In this document: in pieces, positions 1 through 13,320 of the stretch
Layout of the letters: each line of letters opens with the position of its first letter
How positions within the stretch are numbered: the first letter of the stretch is position 1
Translations under genes and position numbers: made by a program
Assembly: GCF_026210795.1 (NCBI RefSeq)
Contig: NC_089436.1
Coordinates: forward strand, 868,001-932,000
Length of the DNA: 64,000 nucleotides
From: Rhizophagus irregularis
Lineage: Eukaryota
Reading direction: 5' to 3'
The notes under the pieces: generated by a model
The model's database searches: none
Told to the model about the DNA's origin: nothing
The model's input: the letters and a program-made list of their open reading frames with translations, nothing else

Positions 1-424
1 AATTCCTCAAATGCTAATTCATCTATCGTTTCTAACAAGTGAATTATCTCGGATGTCGTTAGATTGGAAAAAACCAAAGTTCCGGTATATACGTAGCTAG
101 ATAAGAAAAAAAAAAATTGTTTAATTTGATTCAATAAAAAGCTTTTTATTTTTTTTTTTATTTTACTTACTTTAATATAACTTCAAAGACATTTGGCAAA
201 ATATTTGGTTTTTTAAAAATTATATTACGATTTTCATCTTTTTTACACCAATCATTTGATAAAGCAGATTTAAAATATAAACATCTCGCCTTTAATATGA
301 TTGAATGAGCCCTAAATACTTTTATATTTGGTGGTTGTCCTATTTCTAATAAGACATTATAGTCATCTGAATTTTTTAATAAATTAGATACGTCGGTAAA
401 TAATTTTGATAAAAACGATGTCAT
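1..424 (-). CDS. BTB/POZ domain protein, 5' part (runs off the left edge of the window)
   Basis: Exon 1 (424-171) MTSFLSKLFTDVSNLLKNSDDYNVLLEIG..FRAHSIILKARCLYFKSALSNDW..FKKPNILPNVFEVIL; GT-AG intron 170-97; exon 2 continues YVYTGTL..IIHLLETIDELAFEE. Typical BTB motifs. Confidence 0.9.
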
Positions 425-3400
425 TTTTTTCTAAGCTTTGATACGATTTAATGATTTTCTCTTAGAACAATTAGTTATTAATTAAGACAAAAAAAGTGTA
501 TATACTAATGTGTGTATATATATATATATGTGAGTGTAATCATATTTTCGTAATTTCATTAACTTTTTGGTGGGTAATTTACCTTTTTTAATTAATGAAT
601 TAAATGAATTAAATATATAATTTAATCGAAAAAAGTAAAAGGTGTTACAGCTTTGTTTCATAATTTTTATTACCAGATTTATTATATAATACTAATTACA
701 GTACCTTCAATGAATTTAATATGATTTTTAAGGGGCAAACAAAAAAGTGTATATAAATTTTATGGTTAAAAAAGGTTTGAAACACTTTCTTTACCAAATA
801 AAGTTCGATTTTTTTACCATATACTAAACTATACCTGGTTGGAGGAAATACACGATTAATCAGAACTTAAATATTCTGCGACACATTTTGTCACATCCTT
901 TTTTTTCAATCTGCAATGATTCAAATTGGCATCATTTTTTTAATCTAAATATGTATCTAAGTTTGATCGACTTCAACCAACCAACGTATTAAAATTTACT
1001 TAATTTATTTGATCAAGATTTTCCACTTTATTTTTTCTTGTTTGCCCGGGGATATTAAATTTAGCCATAATAAGATCTCTTTTTAAATAAAAACTGTATC
1101 GGTATTACTACATATAATAGAAGATTTTCAACAGATATATTTATTAATAACCCGTTTTTATTTTATTTTTTTCTAATTTTAGAAATTTCCAAGTATACAA
1201 ATACCTAGTTTTATAAATATAATCTATTTTGAAACCAAAAAAACATTAAATATATTATAAAAAATAAATAAATTTATAAACTATAATTTATGCATATTTT
1301 AAATAAATAAATATTAAATATATTAAAAATATTATTTAATATTTATATTTTAATTATTAATGCATATTATTTAGTTTAATGAAAAAAATATCATTAAAGA
1401 AAGATTACATAATAATATTTAATTTATTATTATATATAAATATTAAAGTAATTGCCATTTTCAGAAATATCAGCAATCAGAAAATAATGATTATATAATG
1501 TGAATATATTTAAAATATCATTTTATTTCTACTTATATAAATTTATTCTTTAAAAGTATTACAGTAGGATTCTGAACAGTCATATATGAAGTTTACTTAT
1601 TGATCATATAAATTTCAAAAAATTGCTTATTTCAAAAGTTAAAATGCATAAAAATAATGGATCTTAAATCATAAGTGTACATTACTAATTCTACTTTATG
1701 TTCAAATGTTTTTCAAATTATCTAATATAATAAGTAAATAATTTATTGCTATATAATATTTGAAATATAAAAAAATCTATATATTGTATAATATTTATCA
1801 ATTATTTATTTTATTAATAACAGTTAATTAATTATAATTTATCAGTAAAATGTTTGTTTATATATAAATTTATATTAACAAAAGTCACATAATTTCTAAT
1901 AAAATTCTGTTTACTTATAATAAAAATTAAAATATAAGTAAAATTTATAAGTAAAAAATTCTAAAAATTCTATTATAAATAAGGATTTTATAATTATCAC
2001 GTTTGCAATGCATTGCACCCTTTTTTGTCACTTATATTACACTTCTTCTCTTTTTATTTTTTTATATATTCTGAAAACTTTGAATTTTTTTAGCTATAAA
2101 AAATCCATTTTTCACACTTTAGTTAAATATCATATATTTTAATATATTTTAATTTTACCTGGTATTATATAATTTTGTTTAGAGTACCTAGAATATAATA
2201 TATTACAATATAATATATTACAAATGCAATAAAATAAAACCCTATAAATAAATAATCATTTATAATAAAAAAAATATTATATTGTATTATTATGATTTTT
2301 TTAAAAAAACTAATTAACTAGTAAAATTGTTGTGAAATTACTATCATAATAAATTTAAAATTTTTTTATAAAAACCTTTATTAAAAGTAAATAAAAACTT
2401 TTAATATAAATATATATTAATTTAAATTCTAATTATTGTAATTTATTATTTATTTATTAAATTTATAAAAAATAATATTTAAAATATCTAATTTATTAAT
2501 ATATTAATTAAAAAATCTATTTATATTTACAATATAAAAGTTAAATAATATTTATTTGAAAGTAAATTTTATATTATTTAATTAAAAGTTATAAATATAA
2601 CTAAAAAATTTTATTTTTATTAAAAATAAATAAAAAATCCTTTTTTATAAATATTATATTTAAATAAATATTTAGTTTTTATTAAAAGTAATTTTTTAAT
2701 TATTTAATAATAACTTTATTTAAATTACACCACTGGTACTTAACACTATAATATGTATTTTTATGAAAACAGCTTAAACTAAAGAAGTCATTATAATTAA
2801 AATTATTCAGTATTCCTAAAAAATGGGAAAAAATTTATTTATTACTTTTTTTTTTATATTACAAATATTGAAAAATAAAAAAAAATTGAAAAACTAAGAA
2901 AAATATATGTGAAATATATGTTACAGTTTACAGCATTTAATATTGCAATATAAATTATAATATTTTATTAATGAAGATATCTTAATTAGACTATTAATTA
3001 TAATTTTGAATACTAGTAGTATGATTTATAATTTTTATATTAATATATATATTTATATATTATTAAAATTAGCATTTTATTTTATTTTTAAAATATTATT
3101 ATTTAAAAATAATTATATTTAATTAAAAAAATAATTAATAAATAAAATTATATAATTTCAAGTTCCTCTTTTTTTAATTAAAATTAATAATATTCTTATT
3201 ATTTAACTTTAAAAAGTTATAAAAAGAAATAATTATAACTTTGTTTTTTAATATATACATAATTTTATTTATCTACAAATTTATATAATATCTTATAAAA
3301 ATCATTTAATAAATTGAATTTATTTAAATAATTATAGTTTTATATCTATTACTGTAATTTTTAAAAAATTGTTAGTTATTTAAATTTAATATATATTACT

Positions 3401-3459
3401 TATATATAAAATTAAAATTATCAAATAATTAAAATAATTAAAATAATTTTAACTAGAAG

Positions 3460-4317
3460 AGGATCCTAATCTCTTATAGAATTCACAACTGATTTTTTGC
3501 TAAAAAAAACCTAATTTGCTCTTTTTTTATTTTCGGTTTTTTGCGATTATCTCAGCTAGAATTCCGAACAGGTTGACCAAATTCAGGTAACCTGACAGGT
3601 TAACCTGAATTTATCAGTTCGGGTTTAGCAATTGCAATTCAGCATTAGTTCAGGTTGTAACATCAATATAACCTGAATAACCTGTTAACCTGAAACTATG
3701 ATTTATATAATAAGTGAGTTATGGTATTATAATTCACTTTTTATATTGATTTTATATAATAAAAGTGAGTTGTGATATTGGTATTCACTATTTTATATTG
3801 ATTTTATATAATAAAAGTGAATTGCAATATTAGAATTCACTTTTTTATATTGATTTTATATTAAAAAATTAGTTGCGATATTGTGATTTACCTTTTTATA
3901 TGATTTTAATATAAAAAACTGAATCACAATATTTCAAAAAAAAATGTTTTGCACCATTTTTTTTTTGATATTATTTTAATAAAAATCCTGAAAATTTTCA
4001 GGTTTCAGTTCAGATTAAGTTAAACAGATAATCTGATATAACCTGACCTGACCTGACCTGAAAAAAAATTTCAGGTCAGGTTTATCAATTAACCTGACCT
4101 GATCTGATCCATTCAGAAATCAGAACTCTAATCTCAACATTCAGTGATTCGATTCATATGGATTTTTTTTATTTTATAGAGCTTGATGAGGGTTATAAAA
4201 TAAAAAAAGTTCACATAAATTGGACTACTGGATGCTAAAATAATCACAAAAAATGTGATTTTTTTTTTGAAATTTAGGCCAATTTGCTAAAAAGTTATAT
4301 TTAATGTCTGGAGTCCT
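3460..4317. mobile_element. Degenerate AGGACC-terminus MITE containing a nested hAT MITE
   Basis: Ends AGGATCC...GAGTCCT; exact 8-bp TSD ACTAGAAG (3452-3459, 4318-4325); internal sequence resembles the copy at 24480. Confidence 0.75.
3557..4130. mobile_element. Non-autonomous hAT-like MITE (TAG...CTA ends)
   Basis: TIRs TAGAATTCCG / CAGAACTCTA; 8-bp TSD ATCTCAGC / ATCTCAAC; subterminal ACCTG/CAGGT repeats. Confidence 0.75.
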
Positions 4318-4769
4318 ACTAGAAGTTATAAAAACTGGAATTATATAAATTTATAATTATAATAAAAAATAATATTAGAATCTAAAATTAATTATTTTAA
4401 TATTTAATGATCTGATTTTAATTATTATTATATTATGTAATTCATTTTATTAAAAAAAATTTAATAATATATATTTTATTTTTATAGTATTAATATTAAT
4501 AAAGTTATTATAATTTAAAAACTTTTATATTTAATAATCTAATTTTAATTCTATTTATATTATTAAATCAATAATTTTTTAATAAATTATTATTTATTTA
4601 TTTTTTTGTAAAAAAAGTAAATATATAAAAAAAAAAACTAAAAATATACACTGGTCGAAATCAAAAAAATCGGACATATGGAAAATCGGCCAAAAATCAG
4701 ACCAAAATTGGCTAACATTATAAATCGGCACATCTGATTGATGCCAATCAGACAATTTGATAAAAATTC

Positions 4770-5560
4770 AGCAAAAAATCATCATATTTGATTTGACGGC
4801 TGATTGATGCTAGATTGAAATCAAAAAAAAAAATGGACAAATGGCAAATCAACCTAAAATTTGCCCAATATTCAAATATGCACTTCTGATTTATGAAAAA
4901 TTGACAATTCAATAAAAATTCAATAAAAATTCAACAAAAATTTGGCAAAAAATCATTATATTTGATTGATGGCTGATTGATGCTGGTTGAAATCAAAAAA
5001 AAATCAGACAAAATGGCAAATCAACCTAAAATTTACCCAATATTCAAATATGATACTTCAGATTTATGAAAAATTGACAATTCAATAAAAATTCAATAAA
5101 AATTCAACAAAAATTCGGCAAAAAAATCATTATATTTGATTGACGGCTGATTGATGCTGGTTGAAATAAAAAAAAAAATGGACAAAATGGTAAATCAACC
5201 TAAAATTTACCCAATATTCAAATATGATACTTCAGATTTATGAAAAATTGACAATTCAATAAAAATTCAATAAAAATTCAACAAAAATTCGGCAAAAAAA
5301 TCATTATATTTGATTGACGGCTGATTGATACTAGTTAAAAATCAAAAAAAATCAGACAAATGGCAAATCAGCCTAAAATTTGCCCAATATTCAAATATGA
5401 TACTTCAGATTTATGGAAAATTGACAATTCAATAAAAATTCAATAAAAATTTGATAAAAATTCGGCAAAAAAATCATCATATTTGATTGACGGCTGATTG
5501 ATGCTAATTAAAAATCAAAAAAAAATCAGACAAATGGCAAATCAGCCTAAAATTTGCCCC
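4770..5560. repeat. ~174-bp tandem repeat, about 4.5 copies (CACTA subterminal region)
   Basis: TCATTATATTTGATTGA-like motif recurs at about 4953, 5127, 5301 and 5474. Confidence 0.9.
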
Positions 5561-5737
5561 AATATTGGTTAAAATTACAAATTGGCACTTCTGATTTGTG
5601 GCATACTGGTTAATGATTTATGGTTGAATCTTTTCATATTATTGATATATGTAATTTATGATAAATAATAAATATTCAGTTATCCTTATTAAAAATTGCA
5701 TGAACGGTCCCTAATATTATTGTTGGATGATTTAAAC

Positions 5738-6034
5738 AGGACCCCGGATATCTCCAAAACAGGTCATAAGTCACACTTTCGGCAGATTGGCCCATTTTTC
5801 AGGGGCTTAAAAAATCGTTTTTTGTAAATATCTCGGCATCCAGTAGTCCAATTTTGATGAACTTTTTTTTAAATTGTAAAGCTAAATGAGGGCTACAAAA
5901 TAAAAAACAGTTCATTAAAATTGAATTACTGGATGCTGAGATATTTACAAAAAACGATTTTTTGAGTTTCAGCAAAAAGGGATGTTTTTGGCCAAAAGTC
6001 CATTATGACCTTTATATTAGATATCCGGGGTCCT
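5738..6034. mobile_element. AGGACC-terminus MITE
   Basis: TIRs AGGACCCCGGATATCT / AGATATCCGGGGTCCT; exact 8-bp TSD ATTTAAAC; internal palindrome. Confidence 0.9.
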
Positions 6035-7689
6035 ATTTAAACTATATAATAGTTTAAATCATAATCTGTCACCTGATTTATTCAATAGTTAGAAATTTGC
6101 TCATTTTTCAATTGGGTATCAATCAAAATTAAACTATTATAATATTTACTATTTGTTGATTAATTATAATAAGACGCGACGCGTATTGTATTAAAAGTAT
6201 AATTAGTATAATTTTAGCTTTAAGATTAATTTAAGATTACAATCTTTTAACCTTTTTTTTTCCTCAAAACAAAATATTTCTCTTTTATTGCTCTATAGTT
6301 CAAATTGGGAATTGATAAAAGAATCTCAATTTTTTCCGATTTAATAAATATCAGTATGCCAGTATTGAAGAAAAAAATTTTTTTTATTCCAGCATTCCGA
6401 TTTACTGTAATGAAATAAAATAATAAAAATATATTTTTTTTTATTATTTTTAATATTATTTGCAGGTTCCGACATTCTGATTTAATGAAAATATTCTTTA
6501 TTTATACATGATATCGGGTATACTGGTATCAAAAAAAATATCTTTTTTTATCATTTGCAAGTTCCAATGTTCCGATTTAACGATTATTTGTAGATGGATA
6601 TCGGCATGCCAGTATTAATAATTTTTTTTTTATTTCTGGCATTCCAATTTAATGATTAAATCAGCTAAATCAAATGGTGGAGGTTTGGAAAAAATTATTC
6701 AAAATGAAAAAGGAAATTGCTGTAATTGCAAGTATGAACAAGCAATTTGAACAATCAGCAAAATACCAGAACGTTTTTTCTGCAAAATATTATAATAAAT
6801 GCAAAAAAAAGCCTAAATTTTTAACGGTAGATCGATATGCCAGTATTTCCAAAAACGGCTTTTTTTTTGTTAATCAGATGGATCATCAGATATCCATCTT
6901 TTTTTTTATAAAAAATTTTTTTTTTTAACCTTCTGGACACCATTTTACATTCCGATCCTCATGCGAACGGCGGAAAAATTCATTTAAGGCAACCTCAGAA
7001 CGGCACTTAGAAGGTATTTAGAGAGGAGAAAGGATTGTTTTTTTTAAATTGGAGCGTTAATATACATTTATTAATGTTCCACTTTCTTTTTTTTATTGTA
7101 GACCTTCAAGACGCTTTTCACTTTTAGGAACCCTTCGGAGACTTGAAAGGAAGGTAATGTCCCGAAGAATTTTTTTTTTTATTTAATGCGGAACGTTAGG
7201 TAACTAACATTGTTTTCTTTTTTTTTTATTAGGTCCAGGACGCCGCTGAACTCCATTTTGAAGGTATAAACCTTCGATCGAAAAAATAAAGACGAAAAAA
7301 AAAATTTGGGAGAAGGATAAAGAGAAAAATCGGGTTGAAAAAAGAAACTGAAAAGGAAAAAGAAAGAAAGAATAAAAAAAAATTCGAAAGAAAAAAAGAT
7401 ACGGAACGGTCCCATTTCGAAGGTAAACTTCGGAAAGCCAGCGCAATGGAGTTTTTGGTCCAGCACTCAATAACGATCACCCAAATTTTCCCAAATTAAT
7501 GGAACCGCCAAAGAAAAAAATTTTCTATTTTGACAAAGACAATTTAATAATCGAGGAGTATCAAGGTGCGAAACTTCTATTAATTCTGTTAGAAGTGTTG
7601 AAATTTCTGTTATATTTGACATGATGTAAGAAAGAAGGAGATTTCAATTCTTTAACTTTCTTTAAATTTAGGGAAAAAAAAATTTATTT

Positions 7690-8870
7690 TAGCGAAACGT
7701 TACTAACGTTTCGATTTTCTTTTTTTTTAGATTTCGGCACTCCAGTTTCCGTATTTCTGGATGGAATTTTGAAGGTACCTCTTCGAAATTCCACATTTTT
7801 TTTTCTTTTTTTATTTGAATGAAACGTTACTAACATTTCGATTTTCTTTTTTTAGGTTTTCGGCTCTTCGGTTTCCATATGACTGGACAGAATTTCGAGG
7901 TACCTCTTCGAAATTCCGCATTTTTGTTATTTCTTTTTTTATTTGAACGAAATGTTACTAACGTTTCAATTTTCTTTTTTTTAGGTTTTCGGCTCTTCGG
8001 TTTCTGTATGACTGGATGGAATTTCAAAGGTACCTCTTCAAAATTCTGCATTTTTTTTTCTTTTTTTATTTGAATGAAATGTTACTAATGTTTCGATTTT
8101 CTTTTTTTTAGGTTTTCGGCTCTTCAGTTTCCATATGACTGGACGGAATTTCGAGGTACCTCTTCGAAATTCCGCATTTTTGTTATTTCTTTTTTTATTT
8201 GAACGAAATGTTACTAACGTTTCGATTTTCTTTTTTTTAGGTTTTTGGCTTTTCGGTTTCCGTATGACTGAATGGAATTTCGAAGGTACCTCTTCAAAAT
8301 TCTGATTTTTTATTCTTTTTTTGGGCTCCAATTTGGCCAAATCTACAGGTAAAGTTTCGTGTTTTTGAAACTTAATAAAAAAATGTTAATTTTAACGTTT
8401 TTATATTTTTTTTATAGGAAATCGGCTCTAATTTGGCCAATCCTATAGGTAAAGTTTTGAAGTTTCTTTCTTCAAAACTTTCATAAAAAACGTTTATTTT
8501 TAACGTTTTTTATATTTTTTATAGGAAATCGGCTCTGATTTGGCCAATCCTATAGGTAAAGTTTCGTATTTTCGAAACTTAATAAAAAAACATTTATTTT
8601 AACGTTTTTTAATTATTTTTTATTTTTTTTTGCTCCAATTTGAATACCAGAATTCCGCAAGTAAAGTTTCTATTTTTGAAACTTTTTGACGAAACTTAAT
8701 AAAAAACGTTTAATTTAACATTTTTTTATTATTTTTATTATTTTTTTTGTAGGGAAATCGGCTCCGATTTGCCATCCTACAGGTAAAGTTTTTGATTTTC
8801 TGGGAATTAAGGAATTTAACGTATACCAGATTCCCAGGTTAGTTTCGAAACAAAAAATTCAAAACTTTTA
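7690..8870 (+). repeat. Tandem micro-exon/intron array (probable spliced non-coding transcript)
   Basis: ~127-bp units, each a 44/45-nt segment, then GTACC...TACTAAC...poly-T TAG (acceptors at 7730, 7855, 7984, 8111, 8240). A second unit type with ~31-nt segments and GTAAAG donors follows. Confidence 0.7.
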
Positions 8871-9049
8871 TAAAAAAGTATTTTATTATTTACGCAATTA
8901 ACCATTTTTAACATTATTCTGGGGTCTTTTAGACGCATGGAAATTCAGTAAGGTGATTTTAAACAGCTACTTCACCTTTCAAGTTTTCAGGCAACTGGAA
9001 TATTGATTTTTAGGCGAAATTGTTTTATATGTATATGTAATATTTTAAA

Positions 9050-9480
9050 TTTCAGAATAAAATTTACTGTAATTTGCGATACAATTCAGAATAAAATTTA
9101 CTGCAATTCAGATGCAATTCAGAATAAAATTAACTGCAATTCAGACGCAATTCAGAATAAAATTTACCACAATTCAGAATAAATTTACCGCAATTCAGAA
9201 TAGAAAATTTACCACAATTCAGATTAAATTTACCGCAATTCAGAATAAATTTATCACAATTCAGAATAGAAAATTTACCACAATTCAGATTAAATTTACC
9301 GCAATTCAGATTAAATTTACCGCAATTCAGAATAAAATTTACTGCAATTCAGAATAGAAAATTTACTGCAATTCAGATTAAAATTTACCACAATTCAGAA
9401 TAAAATTTACTGTAATTCAGATTAAAATTTATCACAATTTATTAATATTTATCATAATTCAGAATAAATTCACTGCAATT
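9050..9480. repeat. ~21-22-bp minisatellite (AATTCAGAATAAAATTTACCGC-like), CACTA subterminal region
   Basis: Directly visible; explains the repetitive ORF at 9112-9357. Confidence 0.9.
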
Positions 9481-10187
9481 TGGTAAATTTATGAATATAT
9501 TTTTTTAAACAATTCGGATTAAAAATACTAAGCAATCCAGATACAATTTAAACATTCTGATCAGCGTTGATCGGCCTGCCAATCGGAACTTTTTTTAGAT
9601 TGATAATTCGGCCATCTTTATCACCAAATTCAGCCTAAAATCGGACATCCGATTTCTAGCCGATTTGGACTATTTCGACCAGTGATAGAATTTCAAATAT
9701 ATTTAAAACAAATTAAAATCTAACTTTACTTTTAAATTATATTTTTAGTATTTAAAATTTAATACATTAAATAAATTATAAATATTTAGGAGATGGCCGG
9801 AAATGATATAATTTAAATTTTAGGACTTTTAATTCTTCTTTCCTATATCATTATTTATTTTAAAAAATGCAAAATTAAAATATAATTCTGATTAGAATTA
9901 TATTAACTATAAGTGTCTAAGGATGGAAATGTATAATATTATTATGGTTTTAACTCCTCTTCTCCCTTAGAAATGACATCATTTTTGCTATCCCCTTAAA
10001 TTAAATATTGCAATTATAATTTTATTTAAATTCTTTTATATAATAGTAATATTTTTTTTAATTAAAAGTAAATAAAAATATAAATAAATACAATAAGGTT
10101 AAATTAAATTTTATTAATTTTAAATTTTAATTTTTATTAATTAAATATAATTTCTTTTACAGTCTCTGGCGAAAATAATGGCGGTAA

Positions 10188-10679
10188 TAAGGTTGTGGGC
10201 GAAACAGGACCAACAATATATAAATAGGTCATAGGAAATTGGCAAAATTTTACTATTAGCTCTACGCATTTTTTCAGGGCCGGAATTATGATAATGTCAG
10301 TCAGTTACTAAATAAAGTAATATATTTCTTACCAACGTTATCAAAATTTATCTAAAAAAGGAAAGATTTTCATGATTATTTTAGCCTATTCTACGCGTTA
10401 TTTCTTGTTACCTATTTCAGTATTGCTCAGGGTCCTGGCGAAACTCCATAATAAATGTGAAACTTGGTAAAACTATATTAAAAAATTAATAATAAATTGA
10501 TAAAACCTAACTATAAAAATTCATCACACTCCATCTGAGTTTCACTATTTATATTTATCTGAGTAGGTAAAAACTTATTCACCACCTGTAAAACTATAAT
10601 AAATTTTTATAAAAAAATTGTCAAAACTGAGGTTTAGATGTTTTGTCAAATTCAAAAACTAGTTTAGTCCGCAACTATA
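10188..10679. mobile_element. hAT-like MITE nested in the Tc1 relic
   Basis: Imperfect TIRs TAAGGTTGTGGGCGAAAC / GTTTAGTCCGCAACTATA; 8-bp TSD GGCGGTAA / AGCGGTAA. Confidence 0.65.
10206..10436. mobile_element. AGGACC-terminus MITE (third level of nesting)
   Basis: AGGACC...GGTCCT ends with exact 8-bp TSD GGCGAAAC. Confidence 0.75.
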
Positions 10680-12541
10680 AGCGGTAAGAATACCACTTCT
10701 TAATTTGATCATAATTTCATAACTATTCCAATTAAAGCATTACTTTTTATACCAAATTAAACAGTGGAATACTCATTTAAAAAGCAATGAAAAAAAAGTA
10801 ATTTCAAATATTAATATTATTTTTATTTTATTACCCAAAATAGCTCTTATTACAATTAAATTTATATATGAGAGTGTTAACTTTTTCTTGAAACAAATTT
10901 TTAGGAATTTTCTAATTGAATTAGAATTTTTTTGCATTTCTATTAGAAATACATATCTCTCTTATAAAAAATGCCAAAATTCTAAATATTTTTATTTTAA
11001 ATGTCAATACTAAAGCTATATCTTTAAAAATACTACCAAATCAAAATAATGGTTATTTTCACATTATTTTAATTCTCAATAAGAAAACTTTAAAATATGT
11101 ATATTTTTGACTTACTTACAAAATAATTTTTTAGGCTATTGATGAGCTTATTATTATAATAGAGATGTAAAATAACAACTTTTATAATATTTAAGATGGT
11201 ATGAAACTTTGTTTTTCAATAGTGAGTTTTTCATAATTATTTTAAAGCCTAAATCTCAAATCATAATGAGAACTTTGGATTGTTTTTGAAGCAGTATATT
11301 AAAAAGATGGTAATACAAAAAAAAAAATTATTTATAGTAAGGTTATTGGTGATAAAGCATGCAAAATCAAATTGAAGCATGTGTTGATGCAAATAGAGGT
11401 GAAACCAAATATTTATCAAATAATAAAATATATGTATTTTTGACCCTTCTTCTCAAAAATAAAAAAGATTTCATAGCTTCATTATAAAATTTATGTACTA
11501 TATTAAAAAAACTGACTGCCATTACTTTTGCCGGGATCTGTATATATATTAATAGAAACCTTTTATTTTTAATAAAATTAAAATTATAATAATTATTAAG
11601 GATTTAATAGTCTTTTTAATAATATTCAAAATATTTGGAAAATATCAATTAAAACAAGTGTAATACACTGCATCTAAAATTTATTTGATTTTTGAATTAA
11701 CATTTATAGAAAAACTAACTAATTAAGTAACACCAAATTTTTTTAATAAATCAATGATTTTTTAAATTTTTAATGGTTTTTTTTTTGAAAAAAAAAAATC
11801 GATTGTGAGACAAGGAAATAATATAAAAGGCTGAAATTTTATACACTTAATATTAACCCATTTGGCAACATTTTTTGCAATTCCAATTACTTCTACATTG
11901 CAAAATTAAGTAACAATTAATATTTTTACTAATATGTAATGATTTTTTTTTTAACACTTTGTAAATATTATTTAATTGTAAAAATTAAAAATTAATATTT
12001 CTTAATAAGTGTCGGGATAATGAATGTCTGGATAAGAATGACGGGAATAATGTGGTTACGGATTTGGGGGTTATGATTTGTCGGGATTGTGAGCATCAGG
12101 ATTCTGATTGTCGGAATTTGAATATAACAATTCAAATAGTATTATTTGGATTGATATATCTCATCAACTTACCACGTTGATTATATAATAACCGTCGTAG
12201 TGTGTATTGCGTTGAAATAATTATAGTTTCTAGTATTGATCAATTTTTTTTTATGGTGGATATATAAAATCGATTTTACATAACTCTAAACTCCTCCAAT
12301 TTTTTATATTCCAAACTCTGCGGGAAAATCCTATACAATGATTTTTTTCACATAACACCTTTCTTTTCTCTCTAAAAAAAATTCACACCTGAACAAGTCT
12401 TTTGGTTGATTTTTGGTGTTTTTCCAAAAAGTGAGTGTCATATTATTATTTAATAAATAAAATATTACATCTATTATTTGAAACATCTTTCTTTAACCAT
12501 GTTAAATAATTATAACTACATTTTTTTTTCCTACTATTTTT

Positions 12542-13320
12542 TTATGGATTAACAGCTTCATCAGAAGACATTGATCCAATAGCATCAATAGACGCAACAA
12601 ATTTTTTACTAACAATTGATTTTTTCCCATCTAAATTATAAAATGGATTACAAACTTGGTTGATATATACATTATGAATTTTCTTAAATAACTATAATAA
12701 AAATAAATAAATAAGTAAGATTATTGCATCAAGTTATTAATTTATTGTAGTAAATTTTGATAAATACGTACATTTCTCATATCCATATTCTTAATTACAG
12801 CATCAGGAATCGAAAGAACCACCACAAATTTTACTTTAGTGTTTGTTACATATCCGTACCTAAACAAGACGATTCGTCGTACATTAATTATCAATGAACC
12901 TATTTCTCAAAAGGTAAATCTTAACTTACACAGCTAAATCTTCCAACGCATATAATAATCCAAGATAAGTATCATCCGGTTCAGGTCCAGCGGCGCCAGC
13001 TAATGATTCAAATATATATGATTTAGAACAAATCTATTTATTTTTTTTTTTTAAAAAAAAAAATTCCCATCCCAAAATCTAACTAATTCAAACCTCTTTC
13101 ATCAATAACATCACAAGATGTATGAGCAATATAATGAAACTTTAAATCAGGATGAGATTTACTAAAATTTTTAATATATAATGGATTATTCTTGTGAAAA
13201 TTAGAAAAATATTAATAATTTAAATAATAATGACAAGGTTTTAGAACAGATAAAGTTAAATTTTTATTCGGTTACCTGTTTACCGATTATAGCAATGCTC
13301 TGTATTTTTATATTACTCAT
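12542..13320 (-). CDS. TRAPPC2L: Trafficking protein particle complex subunit 2-like (sedlin family), 5 exons
   Basis: Spliced manually: MSNIKIQSIAIIGKQ/NNPLYIKNF..DLKFHYIAHTSCDVIDER/..DTYLGLLYALEDLAV/YGYVTNTKVKFVVVL../LFKKIHNVYINQVCNPFY..SKKFVASIDAI. All introns GT-AG. Absent from the ORF track. Confidence 0.9.

Larger units (their letters stand above)
4649..9684. mobile_element. Non-autonomous CACTA/EnSpm-type element (~5 kb)
   Basis: TIRs CACTGGTCGAAAT...ATTTCGACCAGTG; 3-bp TSD ATA; subterminal tandem repeats at both ends; no transposase; TIR nearly identical to the element at 43648-53527. Confidence 0.85.
10160..11540 (+). mobile_element. Tc1/mariner deletion derivative
   Basis: Imperfect TIRs CAGTCTCTGGCGAAAATAATGGC / GCCATTACTTTTGCCGGGATCTG; TA TSD; remnant Tc1 C-terminus SMQNQIEACVDANRGETKY at ~11357-11413. 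Confidence 0.7.

Noticed and set aside
7690..8300. Palindromic repeats as CRISPR, and ORFs 7830-8340
   Set aside because: Whole units repeat with no spacers; the ORFs are low-complexity translations of the repeat.
12010..12130. TCGGGATT-repeat stretch resembling a MULE TIR
   Set aside because: No partner end or TSD identified.
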